Part shown: positions 9,702 through 20,197 of the stretch, in pieces
Numbering within the stretch: position 1 is the first letter of the stretch
How the letters are laid out: each line of letters begins with the position of its first letter
Assembly (NCBI GenBank): GCA_965215265.1
Contig: OZ244048.1
Coordinates: 2,624,001 to 2,688,000, forward strand
Reading direction: 5' to 3'
Source of the DNA: Candidatus Poribacteria bacterium
GTDB lineage: Bacteria; Poribacteria; WGA-4E; WGA-3G
DNA length: 64,000 nucleotides
Made by a program: the position numbers and the translations under genes
The notes under the pieces: generated by a model
What the model was told of the DNA's origin: nothing
What the model saw: the letters and a program-made list of their open reading frames with translations, nothing else
Database searches by the model: none

Positions 9702-10580
9702 ATGTTTCAAGGTTCTTATGTTGCACTCGTTACACCGTTTAAGGATGATGAATCGCTTGATGAAGCGAAACTCAAGGAACTGATTCAATTTCAACTTGAT
9801 GGTGGAACGCACGGCATCGTTCCATGCGGGACTACCGGTGAATCTCCTGCACTTTCTGAAACGGAGCACGATAGGGTCATCGAGCTCACCGTGGAAACAG
9901 TAAACGGTCGTGTCCCTATCATTGCAGGCACCGGCTCTAACTCAACGACTCGCACTTTGCGGGCAACGCAGCACGCGAAGCATGCAGGCGCTGATGCCGC
10001 GCTCATTGTCACGCCCTATTACAATAAACCGACGCAAGAAGGGCTGTACGCACACTATATGAAAATTGCTGACACGGTTGACCTCCCGATTGTTATCTAC
10101 AATGTGCCGGGGCGTTGTGGTACTGACATCCTCTCACCAACCATCGCGCGCCTTGCAGAACATCCGAATATCATCGCCCTCAAGGAGGCGACCGGTGAAC
10201 TCAAACGCGCCAGCGAAGTTGTTAACATGTGCCCCGATGACTTCGTTGTCCTCTCTGGGGACGATGTCAACACGCTCCCTATCCTCGCTGTTGGCGGGAA
10301 AGGCGTGATTTCTGTTGTTGCAAACGTTGCACCCACAGATGTCGCTGATATGTGTAATGCTTTTCACGCCGGAAACCTTGGGTTGGCACGCAAACTACAC
10401 TATAAGACATTGCCGCTCGCTGTGGATCTGTTTATTGAAACGAATCCGATTCCGGCGAAAACCGCGTTGATGCTTATGGGGAAACTTAACGGAAAACTAC
10501 GGCTACCGCTAGCACCTATGATACCCGCGAACCTGCAAAAATTACGGCAGACACTCGTGGAAACGGCGCTGCTGGCTTAG
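9702..10580 (+). CDS. dapA: 4-hydroxy-tetrahydrodipicolinate synthase
   Basis: ALVTPF, CGTTGES, PYYNKP, YNVPGR and LKEA motifs. Confidence 0.96.
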   Translation: MFQGSYVALVTPFKDDESLDEAKLKELIQFQLDGGTHGIVPCGTTGESPALSETEHDRVIELTVETVNGRVPIIAGTGSNSTTRTLRATQHAKHAGADAALIVTPYYNKPTQEGLYAHYMKIADTVDLPIVIYNVPGRCGTDILSPTIARLAEHPNIIALKEATGELKRASEVVNMCPDDFVVLSGDDVNTLPILAVGGKGVISVVANVAPTDVADMCNAFHAGNLGLARKLHYKTLPLAVDLFIETNPIPAKTALMLMGKLNGKLRLPLAPMIPANLQKLRQTLVETALLA

Positions 10581-10609
10581 GATTCCTAACCGGGCATCAT
10601 CTGTTGATG

Positions 10610-10819
10610 TACCCTCATCTCAATCGGGCGATGACGTTGACGAATCGCTTTCGAAATCCGTCTCGGTATTGGAATTTCTGATTTTTCCCCGGGCAGGTAA
10701 ATAGGAATGCACGCATGGCATGCGCCGGCCCAAGCCAAGTCCTTTTGATAAGGGAGACTGAGGGGATTCAGCTGTTGATTCTCGACGGGAGGCGGAACTC
10801 AACCCGATTGAGAAGGGTA
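10610..10819. mobile_element. Putative MITE (~210 bp) with terminal inverted repeats and TA ends
   Basis: TACCCTCATCTCAATCGGG (10610-10628) versus CCCGATTGAGAAGGGTA (10803-10819), between convergent genes. Confidence 0.55.
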
Positions 10820-10836
10820 ATGAGTGCAGTGTTGCC

Positions 10837-12168
10837 CTACACACTCGCCAGAAATCCAGATGGCAACAGCCGGTGCACCGTGTCGATGACTAACTGCTCA
10901 ACGCCTGGGGCAAAGTGCGTCGGCTGTCCGAAGTAGAGCATCGCGTCCCCACCTTCGTAGCCTCCTTCGGCTAACACCCGCTCCGATGGAATATAACCGG
11001 GGAATGCGTTTGCATACGCTCCTATCCACAAACGTGCAGCATCTAATTCCCTTTTTAACCGAAGCGAATAATCTACTACCACCTCACTCGCTAGGAACAC
11101 AACAGCGAGTTCGTCTCCGAAAGTCCATACTTGTATAGGATAAGAAATCTCTGTTCGTACCGCTTGTCCGGTTTGTAGTTGTTCAAGATGTTTTTGCGCG
11201 TGGTATCCAATGGCCCCGCCCTCTGCAGCCCGTGCTTGCCATTCCGCCAGCGTCGGCAGCGTATCAAACGGTAGGTTTACCCGTTCAAAACTCGCAGCCG
11301 GGGCATTTGAAAGCGGGATGAGTTCGTTCTGGAGAAGACGTTGGACTTCATGCGCGAGTGTCTGTCCATGTTCTTTTGCGTAAGCGAGGCGTGTCATGAA
11401 GACTTCCGATTGTCCATCAGGCATCGGCATCATCCGCGATGCAGGATTCGCATCTGCCCCGCACCCGATAGTTATTAGAGCCGTTACGCCAGGGTTTGCG
11501 TCTTGGATGGCCTCCTGCGCGTACCCCGCCCAATCTCCACAAATATGATTATCGGAACCGGCCAACGTTGTGCAATGACAAGCATAACTTGCCCATACAG
11601 CGCGCAAATTCCCGGCGGTATCTGTTACGCGTATCATAGGTAGGGAACAGTCTACGGGACCGCCCTCGGTACGGCGATTTTTCGCAAACCGCAGTTCTCC
11701 AACGTTCCATGCTAATTGACACGGCTCACGGTTGTCCAATGCTTGCAGTGCGACGCTCTCCATCCATGCAGCGAGTTGACGCGTGTACCGGTCGATTTTT
11801 TCCTGCTGGTCGGGTGGAATATCGGAACCGAAAATGAAAGGTGCAGCATTGGTGAGGCAAGGTGCGCTGTGCGTGTGACTGAAACAGGCGACAAACCGCG
11901 CACGCGATATCCCTGTTTTCTGTTTAATACGCTCCGAGACTTCTTCACTCAATTCGTCTGGTAAACCGCAGTTTTCTACCGTGATCATGACGACCGGTTC
12001 CTCCGCATCGTCGCCTATAGCAAGCGCTTTTGCCGACAATCTCTGGATAATGCCTTCTGATTCTGTGCGGCGACTTCCATAGCCGCTGAGCCGGATCGGA
12101 TAATCCGGGGTAATATCTACTTGGGCAACACCCACAGGTATCGTGTTATCTTTCGCTGACATAGCCAT
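10837..12168 (-). CDS. Neutral/alkaline ceramidase N-terminal-domain-like hydrolase
   Basis: GVAQVDITP, LSGY, SHTHSAP, YACHCT and GCGAD motifs. Confidence 0.8.
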   Translation of the reverse strand: MAMSAKDNTIPVGVAQVDITPDYPIRLSGYGSRRTESEGIIQRLSAKALAIGDDAEEPVVMITVENCGLPDELSEEVSERIKQKTGISRARFVACFSHTHSAPCLTNAAPFIFGSDIPPDQQEKIDRYTRQLAAWMESVALQALDNREPCQLAWNVGELRFAKNRRTEGGPVDCSLPMIRVTDTAGNLRAVWASYACHCTTLAGSDNHICGDWAGYAQEAIQDANPGVTALITIGCGADANPASRMMPMPDGQSEVFMTRLAYAKEHGQTLAHEVQRLLQNELIPLSNAPAASFERVNLPFDTLPTLAEWQARAAEGGAIGYHAQKHLEQLQTGQAVRTEISYPIQVWTFGDELAVVFLASEVVVDYSLRLKRELDAARLWIGAYANAFPGYIPSERVLAEGGYEGGDAMLYFGQPTHFAPGVEQLVIDTVHRLLPSGFLASV

Positions 12169-12184
12169 TTCCTTCCTCCTAGGT

Positions 12185-13471
12185 CTACAAACGCCATGTT
12201 AATGCCAATAAATGGTTCGCCTCTGTCATAGAAACATGTGCAAAGGGGCGGTTTAAGGTATATTCTGTAGAGAGTCCACCAAGCGTTACTGCGAATCCAA
12301 TAGAGAAGTTCGTTGTTTCGAGACGCTGAGCACCGATGCGGAGGGCAACGGAAGTATCACGCTCAGGCTGACCGAGTTGCCATGTTTTATGTAATTCCAT
12401 GCCAATCGCATAATTGATACCGCTTTGCCCAGTGGCACGCCACAGATCTGCCGCAAGGATAAGCCATGCCAAAGGTTCATACGCAGCACCAATTCCAAAC
12501 TTAAGCGTGAGCGGTTCTACAAGGTTAGGTTGCAGCAGGTTTTCAAAGAGCATTCCTACCTGTAACGGTTTTGAATTTGAGAACCGTATCTCACGCTGAA
12601 AACCTACGTCTAATTCCAATCGGTTTGCGGTTCGATCCATTTTGGAATGCTGCTGGTGCGTCAGTTCCCGAACCCGGTCTCCGAATTGTAACGCTTCAAT
12701 AATTGCCGGAACTAGTTGTTCAGGTACGCGTACATCTACACCGGGTCCGTGGCGTGCCTCTAAATTTAAGGTGGACCTGACCTCGCCTTGCTTTACATCT
12801 TGCGCTATCCACTTTAGCCTTGCCCCTGTCACTGTTTTTCCAATGTGACGACTGACTCCCAGCACCCAGCGTTTCTCATGGAATGAAGCATAATCTGTGC
12901 CGAGGTCGGTTTGTGCAGAGAATTGGCGCTGATTAACATCGTATTTAGCCGCAGTTGCTGAAACCCTAACACGCGCAAAATTGCTGAACGTTGCAGCATA
13001 CCCGATGCACAGCCCCCAGTTTCCGAACAGATGCGAGTAGTAACCTGATGGGTAAAATTCTGCATTGGCTTCAGCGGCGAACTGCTCTCTGTCCTGTTTA
13101 GATAACTCCTGCCAGCGAAGATTTTCAGACGCAATTCCGATAGCGACATTATGTTTTTGAACGTGCATGAGTGATGCCGGGTTCCCAAAGATTCCTGCAT
13201 CTAATGCAGACGTTCCAATTCGCGTCCCGCCCATGCCGGCGATGCGAAGCAACTCATTTGCAGCACACTCTGAAGAAATGACAACCGCGAAAAAATAACA
13301 TATCAGACACCATCTGAAAAAGTAGCAGGATAGGTATTCTTTGTCTCTCCTTTCAGGAGAGACAAGAAAGGGGATTCCTCCCCGCGAGCGGGGAGAACTT
13401 CCCTTCCCTTTTACCTGCCACCCACTGGGGAGGCACTCGCTCCTGCCCCGAAAAGCGCCATCCATTTTCAC
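12185..13471 (-). CDS. Hypothetical outer-membrane beta-barrel-like protein (start uncertain)
   Basis: GMGG...NPA N-terminal motif as in PorV/FadL-like barrels, alternating beta strands, and C-terminal LALTWRL. Confidence 0.6.
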   Translation of the reverse strand: MKMDGAFRGRSECLPSGWQVKGKGSSPRSRGGIPFLVSPERRDKEYLSCYFFRWCLICYFFAVVISSECAANELLRIAGMGGTRIGTSALDAGIFGNPASLMHVQKHNVAIGIASENLRWQELSKQDREQFAAEANAEFYPSGYYSHLFGNWGLCIGYAATFSNFARVRVSATAAKYDVNQRQFSAQTDLGTDYASFHEKRWVLGVSRHIGKTVTGARLKWIAQDVKQGEVRSTLNLEARHGPGVDVRVPEQLVPAIIEALQFGDRVRELTHQQHSKMDRTANRLELDVGFQREIRFSNSKPLQVGMLFENLLQPNLVEPLTLKFGIGAAYEPLAWLILAADLWRATGQSGINYAIGMELHKTWQLGQPERDTSVALRIGAQRLETTNFSIGFAVTLGGLSTEYTLNRPFAHVSMTEANHLLALTWRL

Positions 13472-14409
13472 TCCATATTCATCGCTTCAGTGAAGATATC
13501 CTCCAAAGAATGTTTGACTTCTTTTAATTGGCGGAGCTGGACATCGTGCGCCACTGCCAATTTGAAGAAAAATGTCGTGTCAGTTTGAGCATGAAGGTCT
13601 GCGTTAACAGTAAGCTTGTCCGGGGTTTTTACGCGTAGCCGCCCGCCCGGTTTTAGGTCGGTTAGATACTGATGCGCCTTTAAGGCGTTAACGTAAGCCG
13701 TCATATCTCCGACTATCTTCAGGTCGAATGCCCGGTGCTGCTGTTGTTTCATTGCTTCAATGTTGCCTTGAACAACAACACGTCCGTTCTGCAGTAAGAT
13801 AACCTCTTCGCACGCGGCTTCTACATCGGGCAACAGATGTGAGGATAAAATCGTATTAATGCCCTTATCAGTTGAAATATCTTTAACAAGGGCGAGCATC
13901 TCTTTTCTCCCATTTGTATCCATTCCGTTAGTCGGTTCGTCAAGAAATAACAGTTTCGCATCATGTACGAGGGCCTGCGCGAGTTTTACTCGCTGTTTCA
14001 TCCCGGTGGAGTAGCCGTCTATATGGCGATAACGTTCCTCATCCACACCAACATAATAGAGGACTTCATGGGCCCGTTGTAGTGCATCCCGCGTCGGCAT
14101 TCCACATAACTCACCGGCGTAAGCCACCAATTGGACAGCGTTCATCCCAGAAATCAAACAGTCGTCTTCAGGCATATAGCCTACTTGTTGCCGGATAGAC
14201 AATGCGTGCGTTTGGACATCCATGCCGAATATGGAAGCGCTCCCTTGGGTTGACTGGATAAAACCGAGGAGTGTCTTAAGCAGGGTACTTTTGCCTGCCC
14301 CGTTCGGACCGAGGAGGCCAATAGCACCGCCATTGACTTCCAAGGACAGTGACTCCAATGCGGGCCGGGTACCATAAAATACAGATAGATTCTTTAATTC
14401 AATCATCAT
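13468..14409 (-). CDS. ABC transporter ATP-binding protein
   Basis: GPNGAGKS, YSTGMKQR, LFLDEP and SSH motifs. Confidence 0.93.
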   Translation of the reverse strand: MMIELKNLSVFYGTRPALESLSLEVNGGAIGLLGPNGAGKSTLLKTLLGFIQSTQGSASIFGMDVQTHALSIRQQVGYMPEDDCLISGMNAVQLVAYAGELCGMPTRDALQRAHEVLYYVGVDEERYRHIDGYSTGMKQRVKLAQALVHDAKLLFLDEPTNGMDTNGRKEMLALVKDISTDKGINTILSSHLLPDVEAACEEVILLQNGRVVVQGNIEAMKQQQHRAFDLKIVGDMTAYVNALKAHQYLTDLKPGGRLRVKTPDKLTVNADLHAQTDTTFFFKLAVAHDVQLRQLKEVKHSLEDIFTEAMNME

Positions 14410-14540
14410 AATTAACAGGATTCATCTTCTCTTTGCTTGTAGGCACGAACGTGCCAGGGTGATTCTCCTTGCTTCCACTTCAGCGGCCCATCAGGAATCA
14501 AATTAATTGCTTACGATACAAGATTTTGCACAACATCTGT

Positions 14541-15734
14541 CTAACAGTAGATGCGTTTCACACGCGGGCTAATGTTTGTTAAAATTTCGTACGGAATTGT
14601 TCCAGCAGCAGCAGCGACCTCATCAATCCGGATTTCTGCATGCGCTTGCTTTCCTATTAGGACGGCTTCATCTCCAATGTTAACGTCGTCCTCCGGGGCC
14701 AGTTGAACAACGGTCGTGTCCATACAGATGCGCCCGACAATAGGACGGGGCTTACCGGCAATTAACGCCGTTCCACGGTTAGAACATGAGCGCGGATAAC
14801 CATCGCCGTAGCCAACCTGTAAAGCGGCGAGGCGCATTCGGGACACCGCTTTATACGTCTGGCCGTAACTCACCCCTTCCCCTGCTTCAATCGAATCTAC
14901 CCAACCGACGCGGGTCTTCCACGTGAGGGCCGGCTGTAACAGAATCGGTTTTTCGGTTGATGGATAGATACCGTACAGACTCAAACCTGGACGAACCGCA
15001 TCGAAATGCGACTCTGGAATTGCCAATGCTGCTGCACTATTCGCTGCATGAATTAGCATCGGCTCTGCCTGCTGCAGACTTGCGAGCAGAGTTGTGAACC
15101 GCTTTAGTTGAACAGAGGTAAAACTGTTAGAAGTCTTACTCACAGAGTGAGGCTCGTCAGCCGTTGCAAAATGTGTAAAAATCCCTTCAATCTTAATCCG
15201 CTCCAACGTTTTCAATTTATTAAAAAACGTTCGCACTTGCTTAGGGTGGATACCGCTCCGGTTCATCCCGGTGTTAACGTCAAGATGTACTTTTACGCTT
15301 CTTGTCACAGTCGCTTTTGGGCTTCCCGGTCGTGCAGGTTCATATTTTTCCTTGGGATGTGTGCCGGATGCTACTTCGTTCAACCTTTCTACCAACGCCC
15401 AATTGTCAACTGCGACCGTCAGATCATAGGCAAGGATTTTCTCCGCGAGGGTCAGGAGTGGATTGATTAAAATAAGGATCGGTTTGTCAATGCCAACCTT
15501 TCGCAACTCAATTCCTTCTTCAACGGTTGCGACAGCGAACATATCCGCGATTGCATCCAACGCTTGGGCGATAGGAGCCGCACCGTGCCCGTAGGCATCT
15601 GCTTTTAAAACCGCAATTAGACGGCTGCCGGTGTATGCCTTAATGGTCTTGGCATTCTCAGCAGCTGCCCGCAGGTTAACTTCTACCCAGGTTCGCAGCC
15701 GCGGTTTTTGGTATTGTTCAATTTCTGTAATCAT
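14541..15734 (-). CDS. alr: Alanine racemase
   Basis: AVLKADAYGHG, TGMNRSG, GYGDGYPR and GRICMD motifs. Confidence 0.96.
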   Translation of the reverse strand: MITEIEQYQKPRLRTWVEVNLRAAAENAKTIKAYTGSRLIAVLKADAYGHGAAPIAQALDAIADMFAVATVEEGIELRKVGIDKPILILINPLLTLAEKILAYDLTVAVDNWALVERLNEVASGTHPKEKYEPARPGSPKATVTRSVKVHLDVNTGMNRSGIHPKQVRTFFNKLKTLERIKIEGIFTHFATADEPHSVSKTSNSFTSVQLKRFTTLLASLQQAEPMLIHAANSAAALAIPESHFDAVRPGLSLYGIYPSTEKPILLQPALTWKTRVGWVDSIEAGEGVSYGQTYKAVSRMRLAALQVGYGDGYPRSCSNRGTALIAGKPRPIVGRICMDTTVVQLAPEDDVNIGDEAVLIGKQAHAEIRIDEVAAAAGTIPYEILTNISPRVKRIYC

Positions 15735-15803
15735 CTTTTTCCAGTTATAAGCTATTATACCGCTGCGTCTATTTTTCTACAAAAACTAATTTGGTGGAAA
15801 TTG

Positions 15804-16577
15804 CTAAATGTTTTGTGTATCTTGCCCGCGAAACCGTAGAAAGAGTAGAATGAAAACGATGGAATTCACCAATAAGAGCGTTGAGATAGCGTTAATCTTC
15901 GGTGTGATGCCAAACTTGAGCAACGAATAGATATGTACCGACAGTGTTGTATATCCGACTCCGGCAGTAAAGAAGGTGATGACAAAGTCGTCTATTGAGA
16001 GCGTAAAAGCCAATAGGGCCCCACCTATAATCCCGGGGGAAATCAGCGGCAGCGTTACCCGCCAGAACGTCTGCCATTCGGTAGCACCTAAATCTAAGGC
16101 TGCATCCTCTACGCTGTTATCGTAACCCTGGAGTCGTGCTCTGACAACGATCGTAACATAGGCGATATTAAAAACACCGTGCGCGATGATTACCGACACC
16201 AATCCCAATGAGATACGCGCTTGTACGTAAAATGTCAATAACGCGATTGCCAATACAATGTCCGGAATAATAATCGGTAGATAGAGACATCGCACGAGGA
16301 CGGCTCGCAACCTGAACCTATAGCGCTCTATCGCAAGTGCTGTGGTTGTTCCGATGACGGTTGCGAGGAGTGTTGCTACAGTTGCCACCATCAAACTGTT
16401 TTTACATGCCCCCCATAAGTCCTCGTCTTCAATTAGTTTCGCGTACCAATTGAGTGTGAAGCCCTTCCATACGGCTGTCTGTTCGCCACTGTTGAATGAG
16501 AATACAACAACTGCAAAGATAGGAGCGTAGAGGAAGAGAAAAACCAAAGCCATGTTCATTTCAAGTAGACGTTTCAT
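15804..16577 (-). CDS. potC: Spermidine/putrescine ABC permease PotC
   Basis: FLYAPI..SFN, EDAALDLGA and SIDDFVITFF motifs. Confidence 0.88.
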   Translation of the reverse strand: MKRLLEMNMALVFLFLYAPIFAVVVFSFNSGEQTAVWKGFTLNWYAKLIEDEDLWGACKNSLMVATVATLLATVIGTTTALAIERYRFRLRAVLVRCLYLPIIIPDIVLAIALLTFYVQARISLGLVSVIIAHGVFNIAYVTIVVRARLQGYDNSVEDAALDLGATEWQTFWRVTLPLISPGIIGGALLAFTLSIDDFVITFFTAGVGYTTLSVHIYSLLKFGITPKINAISTLLLVNSIVFILLFLRFRGQDTQNI

Positions 16578-16645
16578 GTTTTCAAAGTGTTTGGACAGCG
16601 CCGGAAATTGTCAGTACTGCGTGCATACCTATCCGTTCAGGTTCT

Positions 16646-17485
16646 CTATGCTTCTTCGCGACCTTGCAGTGCACGGAAATATAGCACCGTTCCAACGAGA
16701 ACTATGCCCATCAGCATGAAAGAAAGTGCTGAACCGAATGGCCAATCTCGTGCTGTTTTGAATTGACGTTCGACGACGTTCCCGATGTAACTCACTTTAC
16801 CGCCGCCGAGTAAATCGGGGGTCAGAAACGCCCCCACGGTCGGAATAAAGACTAACATTGAACCGGCTAAGATACCGGGCAGACTGAGAGGCACCGTAAC
16901 ATGCCAAAAGGTACGAGACGGTGACGCTCCTAAATCTTGTGCAGCTGCTATCAAAGACATGTCCAACTGCTCTAATGAGGCGTACAGCGGCAAAATCATA
17001 AACGGTAAATACCCGTAGACCAGCCCAATCTGGATTGCTATCGGTGTATTTAGAAGCTCCAACGGTTGGATGCCTAAGAAAGCGAGGAAGCTGTTCAAAA
17101 GTCCTTCTGTTCGCAAAATCAGTATCCAGGCATAGGTACGGATGAGGAAATTCGTCCAGAAAGGGACGACGACGAGTAATAGGAGGACACTCCGCCATCG
17201 CGGTTGATACCGCGCCAGATAGTACGCGAATGGATAGCCTAACATCAAACATATAACTGTTGAGGTTATCGCTGCTGAAAAGGACCGCCACAGAATACCA
17301 AGGTAGAGACTATCAAAGACACGCAGATAGTTCTCCAAGGTGAAATTCCACTGCACGCCGCCATAGGTGCCGCGTTCCAAAAAACTATAGATAAAAACGA
17401 AAAAGAGCGGAATCAGGAAGAAGCAGAAAAGCCAAAAGATGACTGGAAAAAGCAGGATAATTTTTTTATATCGGCGGCCTAACAT
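16646..17485 (-). CDS. potB: Spermidine/putrescine ABC permease PotB
   Basis: PFWTNFLIRTYAW, YLPFMILPLY, AAQDLGA and WPFGSA motifs. Confidence 0.9.
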   Translation of the reverse strand: MLGRRYKKIILLFPVIFWLFCFFLIPLFFVFIYSFLERGTYGGVQWNFTLENYLRVFDSLYLGILWRSFSAAITSTVICLMLGYPFAYYLARYQPRWRSVLLLLVVVPFWTNFLIRTYAWILILRTEGLLNSFLAFLGIQPLELLNTPIAIQIGLVYGYLPFMILPLYASLEQLDMSLIAAAQDLGASPSRTFWHVTVPLSLPGILAGSMLVFIPTVGAFLTPDLLGGGKVSYIGNVVERQFKTARDWPFGSALSFMLMGIVLVGTVLYFRALQGREEA

Positions 17486-17638
17486 CGCACTAGAGTCTCT
17501 ACTGTTTTAAGACGGTTTAGAAGCTCGTAGGAACGTTCGAATTAAAAGCAAGCGGTCGATCAAAAACCGCTCACAACTTTAGATAATTTACGAGCCTTGA
17601 TGATCATACGAGCTAGGCAAGGAGAAAAAAATAGACAG

Positions 17639-18124
17639 TTAATATGGGACACGCATCCCACGGTAGAATTCGGGTTCCTTATAATCTTTGCGTAAAGGGT
17701 ACCCTTCCCAATCATCAGGGAGTAAGATGCGGCGCAAGTCGCTGTGTCCGTCAAACAAAATGCCGTATAAATCATAGGTTTCACGCTCGTGCCAATTCGC
17801 GGTTTTCCAGATATGCTCAACGGTCGGAAGCCGCGGGGATTCTTTAGGCACTGATGCCTTAATCACCACCTTATGTCGATGCCGCATTGAGTAGAGGTGA
17901 TAAACAACCGCGAATGCTTCATCTCGTGCGTTCATATCTACCCCGCTCAGAGACATCAGCGAGTCAAACGCCAATGTATCGGTTTCTGCAAGATAGCTGC
18001 ACACATCCGCAACAGCAGGAGCAGCAATGAGAATGCTCGGGTCGCCTGCCAATTCTGCATCAAAACCGAGCACTGCTTCACCAAACTGAGCGGATAAGAG
18101 TTCATGGATTTCTTCAGGGCGCAT
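17639..18124 (-). CDS. nuoC: NADH-quinone oxidoreductase subunit C
   Basis: ANWHERETYDLYGI and GYPLRKDY motifs. Confidence 0.93.
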   Translation of the reverse strand: MRPEEIHELLSAQFGEAVLGFDAELAGDPSILIAAPAVADVCSYLAETDTLAFDSLMSLSGVDMNARDEAFAVVYHLYSMRHRHKVVIKASVPKESPRLPTVEHIWKTANWHERETYDLYGILFDGHSDLRRILLPDDWEGYPLRKDYKEPEFYRGMRVPY

Positions 18125-18160
18125 GTATTTCCTTCACTCCATCGAACCGATAGGTATGTG

Positions 18161-18760
18161 TTAACCCGCGGTACGTTCTGCTTCAGCCGCAGCATCAGCA
18201 CTTTCACTTTCAACTTCTGATTCTTCCTTCTGATACCATTCAGTTTTAGTGAAGAGTCTCTTTAAAAATGGAACATTGCCGCGTTTGGCAACACTGTGGG
18301 TTCTTATCTTTTCTTGCAATTTGAGTAACCCTTCGATCAGTGCCTCTGGACGCGGTGGACAACCGGGCACGTATACATCAACCGGAATAATTCGATCGAC
18401 ACCTTTGAGTACATGATATCCGTGTTGCCAATAGGGACCGCCGCTGGTCGCGCAGCTGCCCATTGAGATAACATACTTGGGTTCCGGCATCTGTTCATAA
18501 AGCCGCTTAATTCTTGTCGCCATTTTCAAAGTGACGGTACCGGAGATAACCATCAAATCTGATTGACGCGGTGTGGCACGCGGTACCCCTGCGCCGAACC
18601 TATCCAGATCGTAATTGGACGCGGCAGCCGCCATAAATTCGATTGCACAACAAGCGAGCCCGAACGTCATCGGCCACAGTGCAGATGAACGTGCCCAGTT
18701 GGCGACAGCATCAACCGACGTAACAATAACGTTTTTGTCCAACTTCTCATCAATTATCAC
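18161..18760 (-). CDS. nuoB: NADH-quinone oxidoreductase subunit B
   Basis: [14 protein letters not shown] and [10 protein letters not shown] motifs. Confidence 0.96.
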   Translation of the reverse strand: MIIDEKLDKNVIVTSVDAVANWARSSALWPMTFGLACCAIEFMAAAASNYDLDRFGAGVPRATPRQSDLMVISGTVTLKMATRIKRLYEQMPEPKYVISMGSCATSGGPYWQHGYHVLKGVDRIIPVDVYVPGCPPRPEALIEGLLKLQEKIRTHSVAKRGNVPFLKRLFTKTEWYQKEESEVESESADAAAEAERTAG

Positions 18761-19160
18761 GAACTTCTTCCCTCCTTAACGATTGAACTGCCTGTTGTGT
18801 CGAGCGGATCCACTCCAGATCGCCTTTTGCCCAGACGTAGGCAAGCCCAATTAACAGGATAGTGATAAAAACCAGCATCTCCAAAAATGCGAAAAGTCCC
18901 AATTTGCGGAAGACAACCGCCCATGGGAAAAGGAACACCGTCTCTACATCAAAGATCAGGAAGATAAGCGCAATCACATAAAAACGCGTGTTAAACCTAA
19001 TTCGCGTGTCTCCAACCGGGTCCTCGCCGCACTCATAAGGCAGGTACTTTTCACTTGAAAACAACTTCGTATGCAAGAGGCGGGAAATAGTCAGGTTTAG
19101 GACGACAAATAGACAGCCGACAATTAAAAAAATTAACACATTGGCAAAATTAAAAAGCAT
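18750..19160 (-). CDS. nuoA: NADH-quinone oxidoreductase subunit A
   Basis: PYECG, FLIFDVE and WAKGDLEW motifs. Confidence 0.95.
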   Translation of the reverse strand: MLFNFANVLIFLIVGCLFVVLNLTISRLLHTKLFSSEKYLPYECGEDPVGDTRIRFNTRFYVIALIFLIFDVETVFLFPWAVVFRKLGLFAFLEMLVFITILLIGLAYVWAKGDLEWIRSTQQAVQSLRREEVRDN

Positions 19161-19414
19161 CTCAGTTTTCCTTCATAACCTAATTCAGCAACGTTGCAGT
19201 ACAGGTTGCAAGCTTCACCCTAAAATTACATCTATATTAAAATTATATACCATATTGCAACCATTTGCAAGAAAAAATTGGTTTCTGATTTTCATTTTAG
19301 CACGTGCTGTCTTTAGCAGCTGCTATTGGGACAGAACGCCTAAACAGCGCAGATCAGATCAATACTCAGGCAAATTTTTCCCTGGATGTCATGTACACTT
19401 AACCTAACGGAATG

Positions 19415-20146
19415 CTACTCTACCGTCAGTGAGACGGTATTGGATAGGAGTGCTGATTTCCCACGTCGAGATTTGACGGGGAGATAAATAGGCCTAGCTT
19501 CAGCTTTGTGTTTTTCTTGAATATATTCAATCTGTGCCTGCATTTCGTTGATTGCATCGGTTTTTACCGCAGCAGAGAGGGCTGCATCCCTGTTAGATTG
19601 AAGCCGTCTAATATCACGTTCTAATTCAATCACTTGAGGATGTGGCTCTATAACAGATTCTCGGTAAACCTCAAGCGTCAATGCAACGGTTACCGAGTAA
19701 TTTCCGGGCTGAAGGCGGTAGTATGGCTGCAAATCTTCCAGCTGCACAACCTGATGTGCGGCTGCCTTCAGTTCGAACCCTTGAATACAACGAACTGATT
19801 TTCCGTCACGCATGATATATTTGGAATAGGCTTCTGTCGTAATCGGACGTTTGGATTTAACGAGCTCTCCGTTAGCATCTGTAATGGTTAGCTCGGCAAA
19901 TGCCCTTTTTGTTGCAACGTTAACAAACGGCACGAGGAGGTCGAATTTCCCAGTCTGAATGCTGAGTTCAAGGGGTATCGGTTCTTTTTCGGTGTAATGC
20001 GTTTTAGGTATTGAGAGATGCAGTTCAGCGAGTGCGCGCGGGGCAGCCCCTTCTGTCTCACTCGGTGCCGCCGGTTGCTGCTGCCGAGCGAGGCATCCCA
20101 TCATAGAAAAAAAGAGCAAAAGATAAATAGGAATAAATTTCTTCAT
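19415..20146 (-). CDS. Hypothetical lipoprotein
   Basis: Signal peptide with MMGC lipobox-like site. Confidence 0.7.
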   Translation of the reverse strand: MKKFIPIYLLLFFSMMGCLARQQQPAAPSETEGAAPRALAELHLSIPKTHYTEKEPIPLELSIQTGKFDLLVPFVNVATKRAFAELTITDANGELVKSKRPITTEAYSKYIMRDGKSVRCIQGFELKAAAHQVVQLEDLQPYYRLQPGNYSVTVALTLEVYRESVIEPHPQVIELERDIRRLQSNRDAALSAAVKTDAINEMQAQIEYIQEKHKAEARPIYLPVKSRRGKSALLSNTVSLTVE

Positions 20147-20197
20147 AGCAAATCCTTCCTGTCTGTTGATAAGTCAGCAGATATCCGAATTCAAATT

